Positions 41,749 to 52,841 of a DNA stretch of 64,000 nt are shown piece after piece. Every line of letters begins with the position of its first letter. Position 1 is the first letter of the stretch. The position numbers and the translations under genes are program-made. Origin of the DNA: Synechococcales cyanobacterium VAR_4_metabat_354. GTDB taxonomy: Bacteria; Cyanobacteriota; Cyanobacteriia; Cyanobacteriales; Chamaesiphonaceae. The notes beneath the pieces were generated by a model, which did not search any database, was not told the origin of the DNA, and was given only the letters and a program-made list of their open reading frames with translations. The DNA is taken from NCBI GenBank assembly GCA_031414775.1, contig JANOQI010000011.1:30188-94187 (forward strand). The letters are read 5' to 3'.

Positions 41749-43674
41749 ATGCCAAGTACCAAAAAGCGCACACAACTCAGTCAGTGGTTGCTGGATGAAA
41801 ATCGCCCCAAGGATGGTGGACACCACCAAACACACCCTTGGTGGCAGGTTATGTGCCTCACGGGTGTTGATTATTTTTCGACTTTGGGCTATCAGCCAGG
41901 GCTGGCGGCATTGGCTGCTGGCTCACTATCTCCGATCGCCACATTAATCCTAGTTCTGCTGACTCTTTTTGGAGCTTTGCCCATCTACCGCAGAGTGGCA
42001 ACAATTAGTCCCCACGGTGAAGGATCAATCTCGATGTTGGCACAGCTACTATCTTGGTGGCAGGGTAAGCTCTTTGTTCTTTGTTTATTAGGGTTTGTAG
42101 CCACCGATTTTATTATCACAATTACCCTCTCGGCAGCAGATGCCTCTGCACACATTATCGAGAACCCCTTAGTGCATCAGTGGGCGGCAGGAAAGGAAGT
42201 AATCATTACACTGTTACTAATTTCCTTATTGGGTGGGGTATTTTTGCGGGGTTTTCAGGAAGCTGTCGGGATAGCGGTAGTACTGGTTATTATTTATCTA
42301 TCTCTCAATTTTGTAGTGATTGGAGAAGGAATTAGAAGAATGATTCAAAATCCAGAATTGCTGACTAATTGGCAGCAATCCATATTTGCGACTCATGGCG
42401 ACCCCTTCAAGATGTTGGCTATTTCGGCTCTTCTCTTTCCAAAATTAGCACTGGGCTTATCAGGATTTGAGACGGGCGTGGCCGTAATGCCCCTTGTAAA
42501 AGGTCATCCTGGTGAAGCAGAGGATAATCCGTTAGGGCGAATTCGGGGAACTTACAAGTTACTGACCATCGCTGCGTTAATCATGAGCTTTTTCTTACTT
42601 ACTAGTAGCTTAGTCACCACGGTTCTAATTCCGGCAGCAGAGTTCAAGACAGGCGGGCTAGCCTATGGAAGAGCCTTAGCTTACTTGAGTCATAAGTTTT
42701 TTGGAGATGGTTTTGGTACCTTATACGACTTGAGTACGATCGCAATTTTGTGGTTTGCGGGATCTTCAGCAATGGCCGGTTTATTGAATATTGTGCCCCG
42801 CTATCTGCCCCGCTACGGCATGGCTCCCGATTGGGCTAGAGCTACCAGACCATTGGTTTTGGTATTTACAACGATCGCTTTTCTGGTCACCATTATCTTC
42901 AAGGCCAATGTCGAAGCTCAAGGTGGAGCCTATGCCACTGGGGTATTGGTACTGATGAGTTCAGCTGCTTATGCGGTCACCCTTTCCGTCCGCAATAGCC
43001 GCAACTCATCGCTGGGCAAAACATTGATGTTTGGCCTAATTACATTGGTGTTTATCTATACTACTGTCGTCAATATTATCGAAAGACCTGATGGTTTGAA
43101 AATTGCGGCTTTCTTTATTGGGGCAATCGTCATTACTTCTTTAGTGTCACGAGTCATGCGATCGACTGAACTAAGGGTAGAAAATATCGAAATGGACGAA
43201 GTAGCTCGCGAATTCATTGCCCAAGATATCCAGGGCACTGTGCGGCTCATTGCCAATCGCAAACAAGCTGGTGATGAAAAAGAATATAGTGAAAAGGAGA
43301 GAGAAGTCAGAGATGATAATCACATCCCCGAAACCGACTCGGTATTGTTCTTAGAAATCCAGATATCTGATGCTTCCCAGTTTGTGGAGACTATTAAAGT
43401 AGAAGGTGTGCAGGTGGGTGAATATCGCATTCTCCGCGCCAAAGGAGCCGCCGTACCCAACACGATCGCGGCTATTTTATTGGATATCCGCAATCAGAAC
43501 CAGAGCGATCGATACCCCCACGCTTACTTTGGTTGGGTGGAAGGCAACCCGATTCAATACCTCATGCGCTTCTTACTATTTGGGGAAGGAGATACTGCTG
43601 TGGTAACTCGCGAGGTTATCAGACGAGCCGAGCCAGATCCCAACCTACGCCCAGGTATCCATGTCGGCGGCTAA
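41749..43674 (+). CDS. APC-superfamily transporter (annotated amino acid permease type; KimA-like K+ transporter features)
   Basis: About 12 TM segments plus a soluble C-terminal domain; [24 protein letters not shown] and AYATGV motifs. Confidence 0.8.
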   Translation: MPSTKKRTQLSQWLLDENRPKDGGHHQTHPWWQVMCLTGVDYFSTLGYQPGLAALAAGSLSPIATLILVLLTLFGALPIYRRVATISPHGEGSISMLAQLLSWWQGKLFVLCLLGFVATDFIITITLSAADASAHIIENPLVHQWAAGKEVIITLLLISLLGGVFLRGFQEAVGIAVVLVIIYLSLNFVVIGEGIRRMIQNPELLTNWQQSIFATHGDPFKMLAISALLFPKLALGLSGFETGVAVMPLVKGHPGEAEDNPLGRIRGTYKLLTIAALIMSFFLLTSSLVTTVLIPAAEFKTGGLAYGRALAYLSHKFFGDGFGTLYDLSTIAILWFAGSSAMAGLLNIVPRYLPRYGMAPDWARATRPLVLVFTTIAFLVTIIFKANVEAQGGAYATGVLVLMSSAAYAVTLSVRNSRNSSLGKTLMFGLITLVFIYTTVVNIIERPDGLKIAAFFIGAIVITSLVSRVMRSTELRVENIEMDEVAREFIAQDIQGTVRLIANRKQAGDEKEYSEKEREVRDDNHIPETDSVLFLEIQISDASQFVETIKVEGVQVGEYRILRAKGAAVPNTIAAILLDIRNQNQSDRYPHAYFGWVEGNPIQYLMRFLLFGEGDTAVVTREVIRRAEPDPNLRPGIHVGG

Positions 43675-43720
43675 AAATAGCATGGATTTGCAGTATCATA
43701 ATTCACCTAAAAATGTGCTC

Positions 43721-44254
43721 CTAGCTATCTTGTAGATGAGCTTCCAAGAACCATAGATATTTGTCGATCTGACGCGAGATTTCGGTGTATAGATCGGCGG
43801 TATTCGCGTCTTCGAGATCATTAGTTTGTCCAATCATCTCCCGCATAATCTTGGCGTAGGGAGCTAGTCGATCGGCCAGTGCAATAATATGGTCCTTGCC
43901 GTTTACAATCTCAAAGGGATACTCCGGCAGGGTTGAAACTTCGGCAACGACGCGCACTGTACCCATCGGCACTCCACCCAAGGCAGTGATCCGCTCTGCC
44001 AGCATATCAACATATTCTTCTAGTTGGGTGGCCATTTGGTCAAATAGTTGATGTAGGGGCATAAAGTTCATGCCTTTGACATTCCAGTGAGCTTGCTTTA
44101 CCTGAGTTTTAAGATCTAGTGTCAGAGCCAAAGCCAAATTTAGCAGAGCAACTAGTTGAGTCCGATTTTCACCAGGAATATCAATACGGGTTGGATAAAG
44201 CTTATTAAAAGTATTGATTTTAGGACTTTTGGGGATATTAATGGTATTAGACAT
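43721..44254 (-). CDS. dps: DNA starvation/stationary phase protection protein Dps
   Basis: KQAHWNVKG...LHQLFD, DMLAERITALGG and DKYLWFLEAH motifs. Confidence 0.96.
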   Translation of the reverse strand: MSNTINIPKSPKINTFNKLYPTRIDIPGENRTQLVALLNLALALTLDLKTQVKQAHWNVKGMNFMPLHQLFDQMATQLEEYVDMLAERITALGGVPMGTVRVVAEVSTLPEYPFEIVNGKDHIIALADRLAPYAKIMREMIGQTNDLEDANTADLYTEISRQIDKYLWFLEAHLQDS

Positions 44255-44503
44255 GGTTCTTTAATCTCCACGAAAATTATGAACTTCAGCGTCCAGAATG
44301 CTGATAGTAGCGACGTGATCATAATAACAAGACAAGGTTCATTCATATAAACCTTTGCCAATCTTACGGAATATCTTCCAATTCTTGGAAAAGGCTTAGA
44401 TGATGATAGAAACGGAAAAATTTGTTACCGTAGTACATACAAGCAAGTAAAAAAATTGCAGCTCATCACTATCAACCACTTAATTGCAGTAGGGATAGTT
44501 GTT

Positions 44504-44938
44504 ATGAAAAATCTCGATAGCGGCACTGGCATTACTAAGGGGATTCCTGGTCGGGCAAAGTCGAAGCTGACCAAAAAATTACAATCATTGCGGCCATCCG
44601 GCAGCAACAACGAAGATGGTCTTTCCCCTCATCAACTTCACTATGCCATTGATTACATTCAGGCTAATCTGCACAAAACTTTAAATCTGCCGATCATTGC
44701 GACCCACCTCAATCTTAGCTACTACTATTTCTGTTCGCTATTTAAACAGTCAATGGGCGTTTCGCCCTGGCAATATGTGATTAAACAAAGGATCGATCGA
44801 GCTAAGAAATTACTAAAAGACCAAGAATTGTCGATTGCCGAAATTGCTGTAGCTTGTGGATTTTCGCATCAGAGCCGTCTCAGCAAGCACTTCCGCAAAA
44901 TGACAGGTACCACGCCTAAAAACTACCAATATGAGTAG
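44504..44938 (+). CDS. AraC-family regulator consisting essentially of the DNA-binding domain
   Basis: GLSPHQL..AIDYIQANL...FCSLFKQSMGVSPWQYV...IAVACGFSHQSRL..HFRKMTGTTPKNY. Confidence 0.82.
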   Translation: MKNLDSGTGITKGIPGRAKSKLTKKLQSLRPSGSNNEDGLSPHQLHYAIDYIQANLHKTLNLPIIATHLNLSYYYFCSLFKQSMGVSPWQYVIKQRIDRAKKLLKDQELSIAEIAVACGFSHQSRLSKHFRKMTGTTPKNYQYE

Positions 44939-45641
44939 CAGTACACATTTAATCCACAATAGCGATTTACGAGGACGCACCCAGATCAGCTGGCTGGATA
45001 GCTATCACACGTTTTCGTTTGGGAACTTTCAAGATCCAGGTCGAATGGGTTTTCGGTCGCTGCGGGTCATCAATGACGATCGGGTGATTCCTAGTGCTGG
45101 ATTTGCAACTCATGGCCACCGTGACATGGAAATTCTCACCTATGTTCTAGAAGGAGAATTGGCACATAAGGACAGCCTAGGTACTGGAGCCACGATTAGG
45201 CCAGGAGAAGTGCAAGTTATGAGCGCTGGCACGGGCATTCAGCATAGTGAATTCAATCCTTCTGCGGATACACCGGTACATTTACTGCAAATTTGGATGT
45301 TGCCTAATCAAAAAAATTTAGCCCCTCGTTACGATCAACGCGAGTTTCCATTAACAGCCAGAGCCGGTAAATTGTGCTTGGTCGCATCGATCGATGGTCG
45401 TGCAGGATCAGTGATTATCCACCAGGATATCAATCTTTATATTTCAGTGTTAACGGCTGGGGAAAAGGTTTCATTTGAAATGCAGCACGGTCGATATGCT
45501 TGGATTCAAGTAGCCCGGGGGAGTGCCAAACTGAATGGTAATTCTTTACAAGAAGGCGATGGCGTTCAGGTTAATAGCCCCGAATTACTGGAGTTGACCT
45601 CTGACTCCCAAGCAGAAATATTACTATTTGACTTGGCATAG
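44931..45641 (+). CDS. pirin family protein (YhhW-like)
   Basis: WLDSYHTFSF, LRVINDD, HGHRDMEI and MSAGTGIQHSE motifs. Confidence 0.94.
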   Translation: MSSSTHLIHNSDLRGRTQISWLDSYHTFSFGNFQDPGRMGFRSLRVINDDRVIPSAGFATHGHRDMEILTYVLEGELAHKDSLGTGATIRPGEVQVMSAGTGIQHSEFNPSADTPVHLLQIWMLPNQKNLAPRYDQREFPLTARAGKLCLVASIDGRAGSVIIHQDINLYISVLTAGEKVSFEMQHGRYAWIQVARGSAKLNGNSLQEGDGVQVNSPELLELTSDSQAEILLFDLA

Positions 45642-45685
45642 CTGTAAATACCTGATGGTTGCTGAGAACTAGAGCAAAGCCCTTA

Positions 45686-46642
45686 TTAGCTCTGGTTTTT
45701 TTTCTCAGAAATAGATCTACCGATTTCAGCGATCGTATACAAAGGGCGACCTTTGACCTCTTCATAGATGCGGCCAATATATTCTCCCAAAATGCCAATA
45801 CTCACCAGCTGTACCGCCCCTAGAAAAAAGATCGCAATCATAATAGTGGCCAAACCGGTCAGAGCTGAGGCTTTGGAAACTAAACGCCAGTACAAAACTA
45901 AAACTGCCATCAGTAAAGACAAAAATGCTGAAAATAATCCCAAGTAAATTGATAACCGCAGCGGCACCTGCGAAAAAGAAGCTAAACCGTTAATGGCCAA
46001 AGTTAATGATTTTCGGAAAGTATATTTGACTTCACCGGCAAACCGAGGGTCTCGATCGAACAACAAAGCCGTCTGTCTAAAGCCCACCCAAGAGCGCAAC
46101 CCGCGCAGATAACGATTCCGTTCTGGCATCGCATTCAGTAAATCGACCACCTGTCGATCCATCAGACAAAAGTCCCCAGAGTCGATCGGAATTTCCACAT
46201 CAGCTAATCGTTTCAGTAATCGATAAAACACAAAAGCCATCAACCTTTTTAACCACCGTTCCTGCGGGCGCTTGGTTCTTTGGGCATAGACCACCTGATA
46301 GCCAGATTGCCATAGCTTCAGCAAATCTGGCACCAACTCCGGCGGATCTTGGAGATCAGCATCCAAAATAATCACCGCTTGACCGCGCGTTAATTGTAAA
46401 CCCGCCGTCACTGCGATTTGATGGCCAAAGTTACGCGCCAGACTCACGTAGCATACCCGAGCATCTTGCTGCTGCAATTTGCGCAGTAGATCGATCGAAT
46501 GGTCTTTGCTACCATCATTGATCAGTAATAACTCCGACTCCATTGCCAGGCTATCCATCACGGCGCTGACCCGGCGGTAGAGTTCCGGGATATTAGCCTC
46601 TTCGTTATAGATCGGAATCACTAGGGAATATAGGGGAGCCAT
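45686..46642 (-). CDS. glycosyltransferase family 2 (GtrB/ArnC-like polyprenyl-phosphate glycosyltransferase)
   Basis: [19 protein letters not shown] and DADLQDPP motifs; two C-terminal TM segments. Confidence 0.92.
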   Translation of the reverse strand: MAPLYSLVIPIYNEEANIPELYRRVSAVMDSLAMESELLLINDGSKDHSIDLLRKLQQQDARVCYVSLARNFGHQIAVTAGLQLTRGQAVIILDADLQDPPELVPDLLKLWQSGYQVVYAQRTKRPQERWLKRLMAFVFYRLLKRLADVEIPIDSGDFCLMDRQVVDLLNAMPERNRYLRGLRSWVGFRQTALLFDRDPRFAGEVKYTFRKSLTLAINGLASFSQVPLRLSIYLGLFSAFLSLLMAVLVLYWRLVSKASALTGLATIMIAIFFLGAVQLVSIGILGEYIGRIYEEVKGRPLYTIAEIGRSISEKKNQS

Positions 46643-46665
46643 CAAAACCTCTACGATTGATATCT

Positions 46666-47064
46666 TTAGGGCTGAGGAAGCACCGCAATGCAATCAATTT
46701 CCACCAAAACATCCTTAGGAAGCCGAGCCACTTCGACACAGGCTCGCGCCGGAGCAGTGGCTTCATTAAAATACTGGCCGTAGACCCCATTCATGGTCAC
46801 AAAATCATTCATATCTTTTAGGAATACGCCAGTTTTGACCACATCTGACCAACTGGCTCCCGCCTTGGTCAAAATTGCTGCGAGGTTAGCCATCACTTGC
46901 TCGGTTTGCTTAACCACATCTCCCATATGTATAAGCTGATTGGTACTGGGATCGATCGAGATTTGTCCAGAAACAAATAGCAGCTTCCCGCTAGCTGCTA
47001 CTGCCTGATTGTAGGGGCCAACAGGAGCTGGAGCTTGGTCAGTGGTGATGATTTCTCTGGTCAT
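46666..47064 (-). CDS. ridA: RidA (YjgF/YER057c/UK114) family deaminase
   Basis: [23 protein letters not shown] and LVEIDCIA motifs. Confidence 0.93.
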   Translation of the reverse strand: MTREIITTDQAPAPVGPYNQAVAASGKLLFVSGQISIDPSTNQLIHMGDVVKQTEQVMANLAAILTKAGASWSDVVKTGVFLKDMNDFVTMNGVYGQYFNEATAPARACVEVARLPKDVLVEIDCIAVLPQP

Positions 47065-47191
47065 GGGGGGAAATATAGCGAGTCTTTCTAGGATTCTAGC
47101 CCAATTAAGTTCTAAAATAAGCGATAGCTAACTGACTGTAGCGGTTTAAGTGATCAGCACTAAACTAGCTCAATGGCCATTTAGTAAATGT

Positions 47192-47857
47192 ATGACTGGT
47201 ACTTTCGTTGGTAATTTAGACTTGAAACCAGAACAAAAGGAAATAGCGAAGCGGCAATCGGAGTTAGCCACCTTAGAAGCGGAACTGGCACGGCGTGAAC
47301 TAGATTTAGTCACGTTGCAAGGCGAGCTGCATTCATTTGAGCGCTACTATCATCAAGTTATTGGGATGCGTTTCGCCGAAATTGATTATCTGGAAGCTCA
47401 GATTGCTGAATATGTGCAGCTTTCAGATTTCGCTCAAGATGTCCAAGCGGCTGGAAACCTTAAAAAAATATATCGAGCTTTAGCTAAGCAAATTCATCCT
47501 GATTTGGTGGCAGATCAAGATGAAAAAGAACGTCGCCTCAAACTAATGATGGCCGTGAATCAGGCTTATGAAAAAGGTGATGAAGACCGATTACGCGAGA
47601 TTATGTACAAGTGGGAGATGCGAGCGGAGCTGATCCGCACTGCCCAAAGAATTTCCCAAAGTCATCATCAGATTAAAGCGATCGATCAAGAAATGGCTGC
47701 AATCCAGCAAACTGAACTTAATCAACTGCGCGTCCAAGTAATAGAAATTCAATCTTCCGGGCAAGATTTATTGCAATCAATGGCCTTAGAGCTAGATGAA
47801 CAAATCAATCATGCTCAAAACCGGTTGAGAGAATTAAAAGTGCAGATAGGACTGTAA
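47192..47857 (+). CDS. coiled-coil protein with a central J-domain-like segment
   Basis: LKKIYRALAKQIHPD...MMAVNQAYEKGD. Confidence 0.78.
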   Translation: MTGTFVGNLDLKPEQKEIAKRQSELATLEAELARRELDLVTLQGELHSFERYYHQVIGMRFAEIDYLEAQIAEYVQLSDFAQDVQAAGNLKKIYRALAKQIHPDLVADQDEKERRLKLMMAVNQAYEKGDEDRLREIMYKWEMRAELIRTAQRISQSHHQIKAIDQEMAAIQQTELNQLRVQVIEIQSSGQDLLQSMALELDEQINHAQNRLRELKVQIGL

Positions 47858-47859
47858 TT

Positions 47860-49230
47860 ATGACAGAAGCCAAAGCAGAGCAGAATATTATAGTATTTTT
47901 CGAGCAAGAATTGACGAGATATTCATCAGATCTAGTAAGTCGGGGGGTACAACTCGCGACTAAAGTACAGCAGTCTGGACTAGATCAGCACACCCGTCCG
48001 CCGGATCAAAGCTTGAAATCAAAATATCCGCGCAGCTGTGGCATTGTCACCTATAAATTAACCGATAAACCAACAGCTCAGTCCGGATCAGAAACTAGTC
48101 CAGGTTCTGTTATCCATATTCAAAAGGGATTAGAATTAGCTACTAAGATGTATCAATTCCAATCAGAAGTTCAGGAAGAATTGGGGAGCCGTGATGATGA
48201 TTCAAAATCAAAATACTGGCATAATTGTGGTGTTATTAAATATGAGTTAGGGGATAAACAAGGGGCGATTAGGGAATTTGGTTTGGCGATCGCCCTAAAT
48301 TCATTAGACTCGAACATTTATTACGAACGCGGTTGCATCAAGTCTGAAGTGGGAGATAAGCAAGGGGCAATCAATGATTTTGATTGTGCCATTACCATTG
48401 CGCCCAGATTTGCGGCAGCTTACTGTAATCGTGGTAATGCTAAGTATGCCCTCAAGGACTGGGAAGGTGCCATCGCCGATCTCGATAGCGCTATTGAACT
48501 GAACCCGCAGTATGCCAAAGCTTATGGCAACCGAGGTTACATTAAATCGGAAATAGGGGATAAGTCTGGTGCCATTGCTGATTTTGATGCTGCGATCGAT
48601 CTCGATTCAAAACTAGTGCAAATCTACTTTGAACGGGCTTTAGCGAAATCCAGCTTGGACGATCCGCAAGGAGCAATCGAAGACTATAACTGTGTACTTG
48701 AAATAAACCCCAATTATATCGATGCTTATAAAAATCGCAGTGATACTAAGTATATTTTGGGAGATATCCAAGGAGCAATCACTGACTACGACTCGATCAT
48801 TACTCTAGAACCGAACAATGCGGAAGCTCATAAAAGTCGTAGCGACATGAAGTATACAGCTGGTGATTATCAGGGAGCGCTACGGGACTATAATCGCTTC
48901 ATTAGGATCAATTCGGTTTATGCCGAAGCTTATTACAAACGCGGTTTTGAAAAGTTTGAATTAGGAAATAACGCCGGGGCAATTCAAGATTTCAATCGGG
49001 CTATTTCGTTGACCCCACACAATGCCAGGGTTTATGTTAATCGGGGGATGGCCAAATATCAATTAGGAAATAAACAAGGAGCCATCGAAGATTGTAATCG
49101 GGCGATCGCCATTTCCCCTGAACTGGAGCATAGTCGTAATTTGCTCATTTCGATTATGGGTAAGGAAGAGAAATTGGCTGCTAAACGCCAGTCCGCCGGT
49201 CAGCCCACAAATCCAGAAATCCAGAGTTAG
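47860..49230 (+). CDS. TPR repeat protein
   Basis: About 9 TPR units (YxNRG..K..LGD..GAI.D...AI). Confidence 0.9.
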   Translation: MTEAKAEQNIIVFFEQELTRYSSDLVSRGVQLATKVQQSGLDQHTRPPDQSLKSKYPRSCGIVTYKLTDKPTAQSGSETSPGSVIHIQKGLELATKMYQFQSEVQEELGSRDDDSKSKYWHNCGVIKYELGDKQGAIREFGLAIALNSLDSNIYYERGCIKSEVGDKQGAINDFDCAITIAPRFAAAYCNRGNAKYALKDWEGAIADLDSAIELNPQYAKAYGNRGYIKSEIGDKSGAIADFDAAIDLDSKLVQIYFERALAKSSLDDPQGAIEDYNCVLEINPNYIDAYKNRSDTKYILGDIQGAITDYDSIITLEPNNAEAHKSRSDMKYTAGDYQGALRDYNRFIRINSVYAEAYYKRGFEKFELGNNAGAIQDFNRAISLTPHNARVYVNRGMAKYQLGNKQGAIEDCNRAIAISPELEHSRNLLISIMGKEEKLAAKRQSAGQPTNPEIQS

Positions 49231-49569
49231 GAAACACTTGCTCTACTCATCGATCATGCCTGGGCAGCTTCTCAATAGCGGCTCAACTTAGACATCAATA
49301 GCTACATCACAATGTTTTAATTTAGATCTAAATATTTAAATTTTAGAAAACCAATATTAATAAAACTTATTAATGTTGGTCAAAACGAGACTATCAAAAG
49401 CATACTCTCACATATTAGTTGACTATACAGACAGGCTTTTACCACTATATATGTTGTTGGAACAAACAAGTGGCATAATAACTGGAAAGTAATTCCCTCA
49501 GGTTAGTAGGCGCACAATTTGGCAACTAGTCTATCGTTAGTTGCAGATCTAAATTAAGTGGAGAACAAG

Positions 49570-50886
49570 ATGACTCAACGCTTTAAGCTACTGAGTATTC
49601 TCGCACCACTGCTTCTATATTTAAGTAGCTGTAGTGGCTCTCATGTCGCCCGCAAAGGTGTGCTGAGAGTTTGGGCGCATTCCGGTCAAGCTACCGAACG
49701 CCAAGTCCTAGAACAACAAATCAAGCGTTTCAATGACTCTCAAAATGCCACCAAGGTTGAATTAACTTTTGTGCCAGAGGGTTCTTACAATTCCCAAGTC
49801 CAAGCAGCGGCTCTCTCTAAGGATTTGCCGGATGTCCTAGAATTTGATGGGCCGTTTGTTTACAACTATGTCTGGCAACAAAATCTGGTGCCAATGGACA
49901 AGCTTATTTCGGAGTCAGTGCGCCAAGATTTATTGCCTTCTATTCTCCAACAGGGCACTTATCAGGGACATTTGTACTCGGTGGGTACTTTTGACTCTGG
50001 TCTCGGGCTGTATGGCCGTCGCAGTCAGCTCCAAGCTGCTGGCATCAGAATTCCGCAGGGCAATAAAGATGCCTGGACGGTCGCGGAGTTTAATCAGGCA
50101 CTGGCCACTTTGGCTAAACGCGACCCCGATCGACAGGTGCTGGATCTGAAACTGAATAACCGGGGAGAGTGGGCGACCTACGGCTTCTCACCTATGATTC
50201 AGTCAGCTGGGGGTGATTTAATTCAGCGTAGCAACTATCAAACGGCATCAGGGAGCCTCAATGGCCCAGCCGCAGTCGCCGCCCTGCAATCAGTCCAAAG
50301 CTGGATGCAAAAAGGCTACGTAGATCCCAACATTGATGATGCTGCTTTCACCAGTGGCCGGGTGCCCCTGTCCTGGGTGGGACACTGGGTCTATAAAGAC
50401 TATGCCAAAGCTGCTGGTAAAGATTTGGTAGTGCTGCCCTTACCCAACTTTGGCCAGGGTTCTAAAACAGCGCAAGGCTCCTGGAACTGGGGGATCACGA
50501 CCAATTGTCGCAATCAGGAATGTCAGAAATCTGCCATGAAATTCCTAGAGTTTTTACTCCAACCGCAGGAGGTATTGGCGATGACCAATGTCAATGGCGC
50601 AGTACCGGGCACTAAACGAGCAATTGCCCAATCCCAGTTGTATAAGCCGCAGGGACCTTTACACCTGTTTGCCGCGCAATTGCTGGCTGGCAGCACTGTC
50701 CCTCGCCCCCAAACTCCGGCCTATCCAGTAATTACCTCAGCTTTTCAGGAAGCTTTTGCCAATATTCGCAATGGCCGATCAGTCAAAACAGCTTTAGATA
50801 AAGCCACTACCACTATTAATTTGGACTTGCAGGATAACCAGAATTATCCTAATCAGCAAAACCAGACCATGGAGAGGAATAAATGA
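49570..50886 (+). CDS. carbohydrate ABC transporter substrate-binding lipoprotein
   Basis: Lipobox LSSC, LPDVLEFDGP, GSWNWGI and PRPQTPAYP motifs; first gene of a CUT1-type operon. Confidence 0.9.
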   Translation: MTQRFKLLSILAPLLLYLSSCSGSHVARKGVLRVWAHSGQATERQVLEQQIKRFNDSQNATKVELTFVPEGSYNSQVQAAALSKDLPDVLEFDGPFVYNYVWQQNLVPMDKLISESVRQDLLPSILQQGTYQGHLYSVGTFDSGLGLYGRRSQLQAAGIRIPQGNKDAWTVAEFNQALATLAKRDPDRQVLDLKLNNRGEWATYGFSPMIQSAGGDLIQRSNYQTASGSLNGPAAVAALQSVQSWMQKGYVDPNIDDAAFTSGRVPLSWVGHWVYKDYAKAAGKDLVVLPLPNFGQGSKTAQGSWNWGITTNCRNQECQKSAMKFLEFLLQPQEVLAMTNVNGAVPGTKRAIAQSQLYKPQGPLHLFAAQLLAGSTVPRPQTPAYPVITSAFQEAFANIRNGRSVKTALDKATTTINLDLQDNQNYPNQQNQTMERNK

Positions 50887-51818
50887 CAAATAATTCCCTA
50901 GCTTCCCTACCAGCCAAGATTAAGCCAACTCGATCGAACAATGATACCAGCACAGCTCTGCTGATGGCCACCCCGGCTTTACTGGGACTCTTACTATTCG
51001 TGGCACTACCGTTTTTGTTGGCAGTGATCCTGTCATTCACCAATTTGCGGCTTGGCTCGCCGCTCCCTCTCCAGTTTTTAGGACTGGAACAGTATCGCCG
51101 CGTTTTGTTAGATCCAAGTTTTCGTCAGGCACTGCTTAATAATGGCTTGTTTGCGTTGGTGATGGTACCAATCCAAACCGCCCTAGCCCTTGGAATTGCC
51201 TTGCTCTTAAACCGGCCATTGCCAGGTATTGCCATATTTCGCACCATCTTTTTCATGCCAGTGGTTTTTCCGATGGCGCTGGTGGCGGTGATTTGGACAA
51301 TCATCTATGCTCCTGGTGCCAACGGCATGATGAATTCCTTGCTGGAGTCAATTACTTTTGGTCGATGGGAGCCGAGGGACTTTCTGAATGATCCAGTTTT
51401 AGCATTACCAGCCATTATGCTGTTATCGATGTGGCAGGGAGTGGGGTTTCAGATGGTCATTATTCTAGCTGGATTGCAATCTATTTCTAGTACTTTATAT
51501 GAAGCAGCAGCGATCGATGGCAGCAATAAGTGGAATCAGTTTCGCTATATTACTGTCCCACAACTACGTAATACGCTGATTTTTGTCATGCTAGTCACCT
51601 CTATTCTATCGTTCCGGCTATTCGATCAGGTCAAGATTATGACCCAGGGTGGTCCCAACGATTCCACAACCACCGTCATGTATGAAGCAGTCAAAGCCTC
51701 TTTTGAACAGCAAAAGATGGCTAAAGGAGCCGCCATGACCGTCATCTTTTTCGTGATTGTACTCACCATCACTATTCTGCAAAGAATTCTGGTAAAAGAA
51801 GAAACTGCGATCGATTAA
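50883..51818 (+). CDS. carbohydrate ABC transporter permease
   Basis: EAA motif LYEAAAIDG and MTQGGP. Confidence 0.93.
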   Translation: MTNNSLASLPAKIKPTRSNNDTSTALLMATPALLGLLLFVALPFLLAVILSFTNLRLGSPLPLQFLGLEQYRRVLLDPSFRQALLNNGLFALVMVPIQTALALGIALLLNRPLPGIAIFRTIFFMPVVFPMALVAVIWTIIYAPGANGMMNSLLESITFGRWEPRDFLNDPVLALPAIMLLSMWQGVGFQMVIILAGLQSISSTLYEAAAIDGSNKWNQFRYITVPQLRNTLIFVMLVTSILSFRLFDQVKIMTQGGPNDSTTTVMYEAVKASFEQQKMAKGAAMTVIFFVIVLTITILQRILVKEETAID

Positions 51819-51918
51819 ATCTTAGATAGGTTGCAGCTGTACCCAACTTACTAGCAATAATTTGAGATCTGGGTGTAGCCACAGATCATTTCAGACTAAA
51901 CATTGTGGAAATCTCATT

Positions 51919-52806
51919 ATGTCTAACCCAAACCCAACAGCAACCATTACTCCAGATGTTGTCATCAAGTCATCGCCGCGTGCCAGGGCTAGTTTAGTGG
52001 GTAGTTATGTTTTACTGATTGTGATGGCCTTACTGTTTATAGCTCCCATCGGTTTTATGTTAGTGGCCAGTCTAAAACCTGATGATTTGGTGTTGTCCCA
52101 GGCTGGTACTATCCAAGGTTTTATTCCCCAACCAACTTCTTTTCAAAACTATCAAGATGTTTTTCAACGCGTTAAATTTGGCCAGTTTTTCCTGAATTCG
52201 CTGTTGATCACTGGTACAGTTGTCATTTTGGGGTTATTAGTTAATTCCATGGCTGGCTATGCTTTAGCCCGCCTCCGCTGGCCGGGACGAAATACGCTGT
52301 TGATGGTGGTATTGGCCTTAATGATTATTCCTTTTGAAGCGATCGCGGTACCATTATTTTTTCAAGTAACCATCCTGGGTTGGCGCAATACCTACCTGGC
52401 TCAAATCTTGCCTTTTGTAGCTAATACCTTTTCTATTTATTTGTTTTACACTTTTTTTATTGGCTTGCCCAAAGAATTAGAAGAAGCTGCCCGTATTGAC
52501 GGAGCAAGCATTATCCGCACTTTCTTTGCAATTATTGTCCCAATCTCCCAGCCAGTATTTGCCACCGTGGCAATTCTGACTTTTCTGACCCAGTGGGGAT
52601 CTTTTCTGTGGCCATTAATGGTGACAATCGGCGAAGGGGTACAACCGCTACCGGTGGCAATTGCCACTTTTCAAACCCAACCGCCTATTCAGTGGGGGGA
52701 CATTATGAGCTTTGGCGTGATGATGGTAGCACCGATCCTCGTTGTGTTCTTGATCTTCCAAAAATGGTTTGTAGAAGGAGTCGCCTCCACTGGTACCAAA
52801 GGTTGA
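51919..52806 (+). CDS. carbohydrate ABC transporter permease
   Basis: [14 protein letters not shown] and FLWPL motifs. Confidence 0.93.
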   Translation: MSNPNPTATITPDVVIKSSPRARASLVGSYVLLIVMALLFIAPIGFMLVASLKPDDLVLSQAGTIQGFIPQPTSFQNYQDVFQRVKFGQFFLNSLLITGTVVILGLLVNSMAGYALARLRWPGRNTLLMVVLALMIIPFEAIAVPLFFQVTILGWRNTYLAQILPFVANTFSIYLFYTFFIGLPKELEEAARIDGASIIRTFFAIIVPISQPVFATVAILTFLTQWGSFLWPLMVTIGEGVQPLPVAIATFQTQPPIQWGDIMSFGVMMVAPILVVFLIFQKWFVEGVASTGTKG

Positions 52807-52841
52807 AATACACCACTATTATTTACAAGCGGGTAATAACA

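Noticed and set aside
52593..52841. 83-aa N-terminal extension of the ABC ATPase in the ORF track
   Set aside because: Overlaps the upstream permease out of frame; the family-typical start is MATVKF at 52842.
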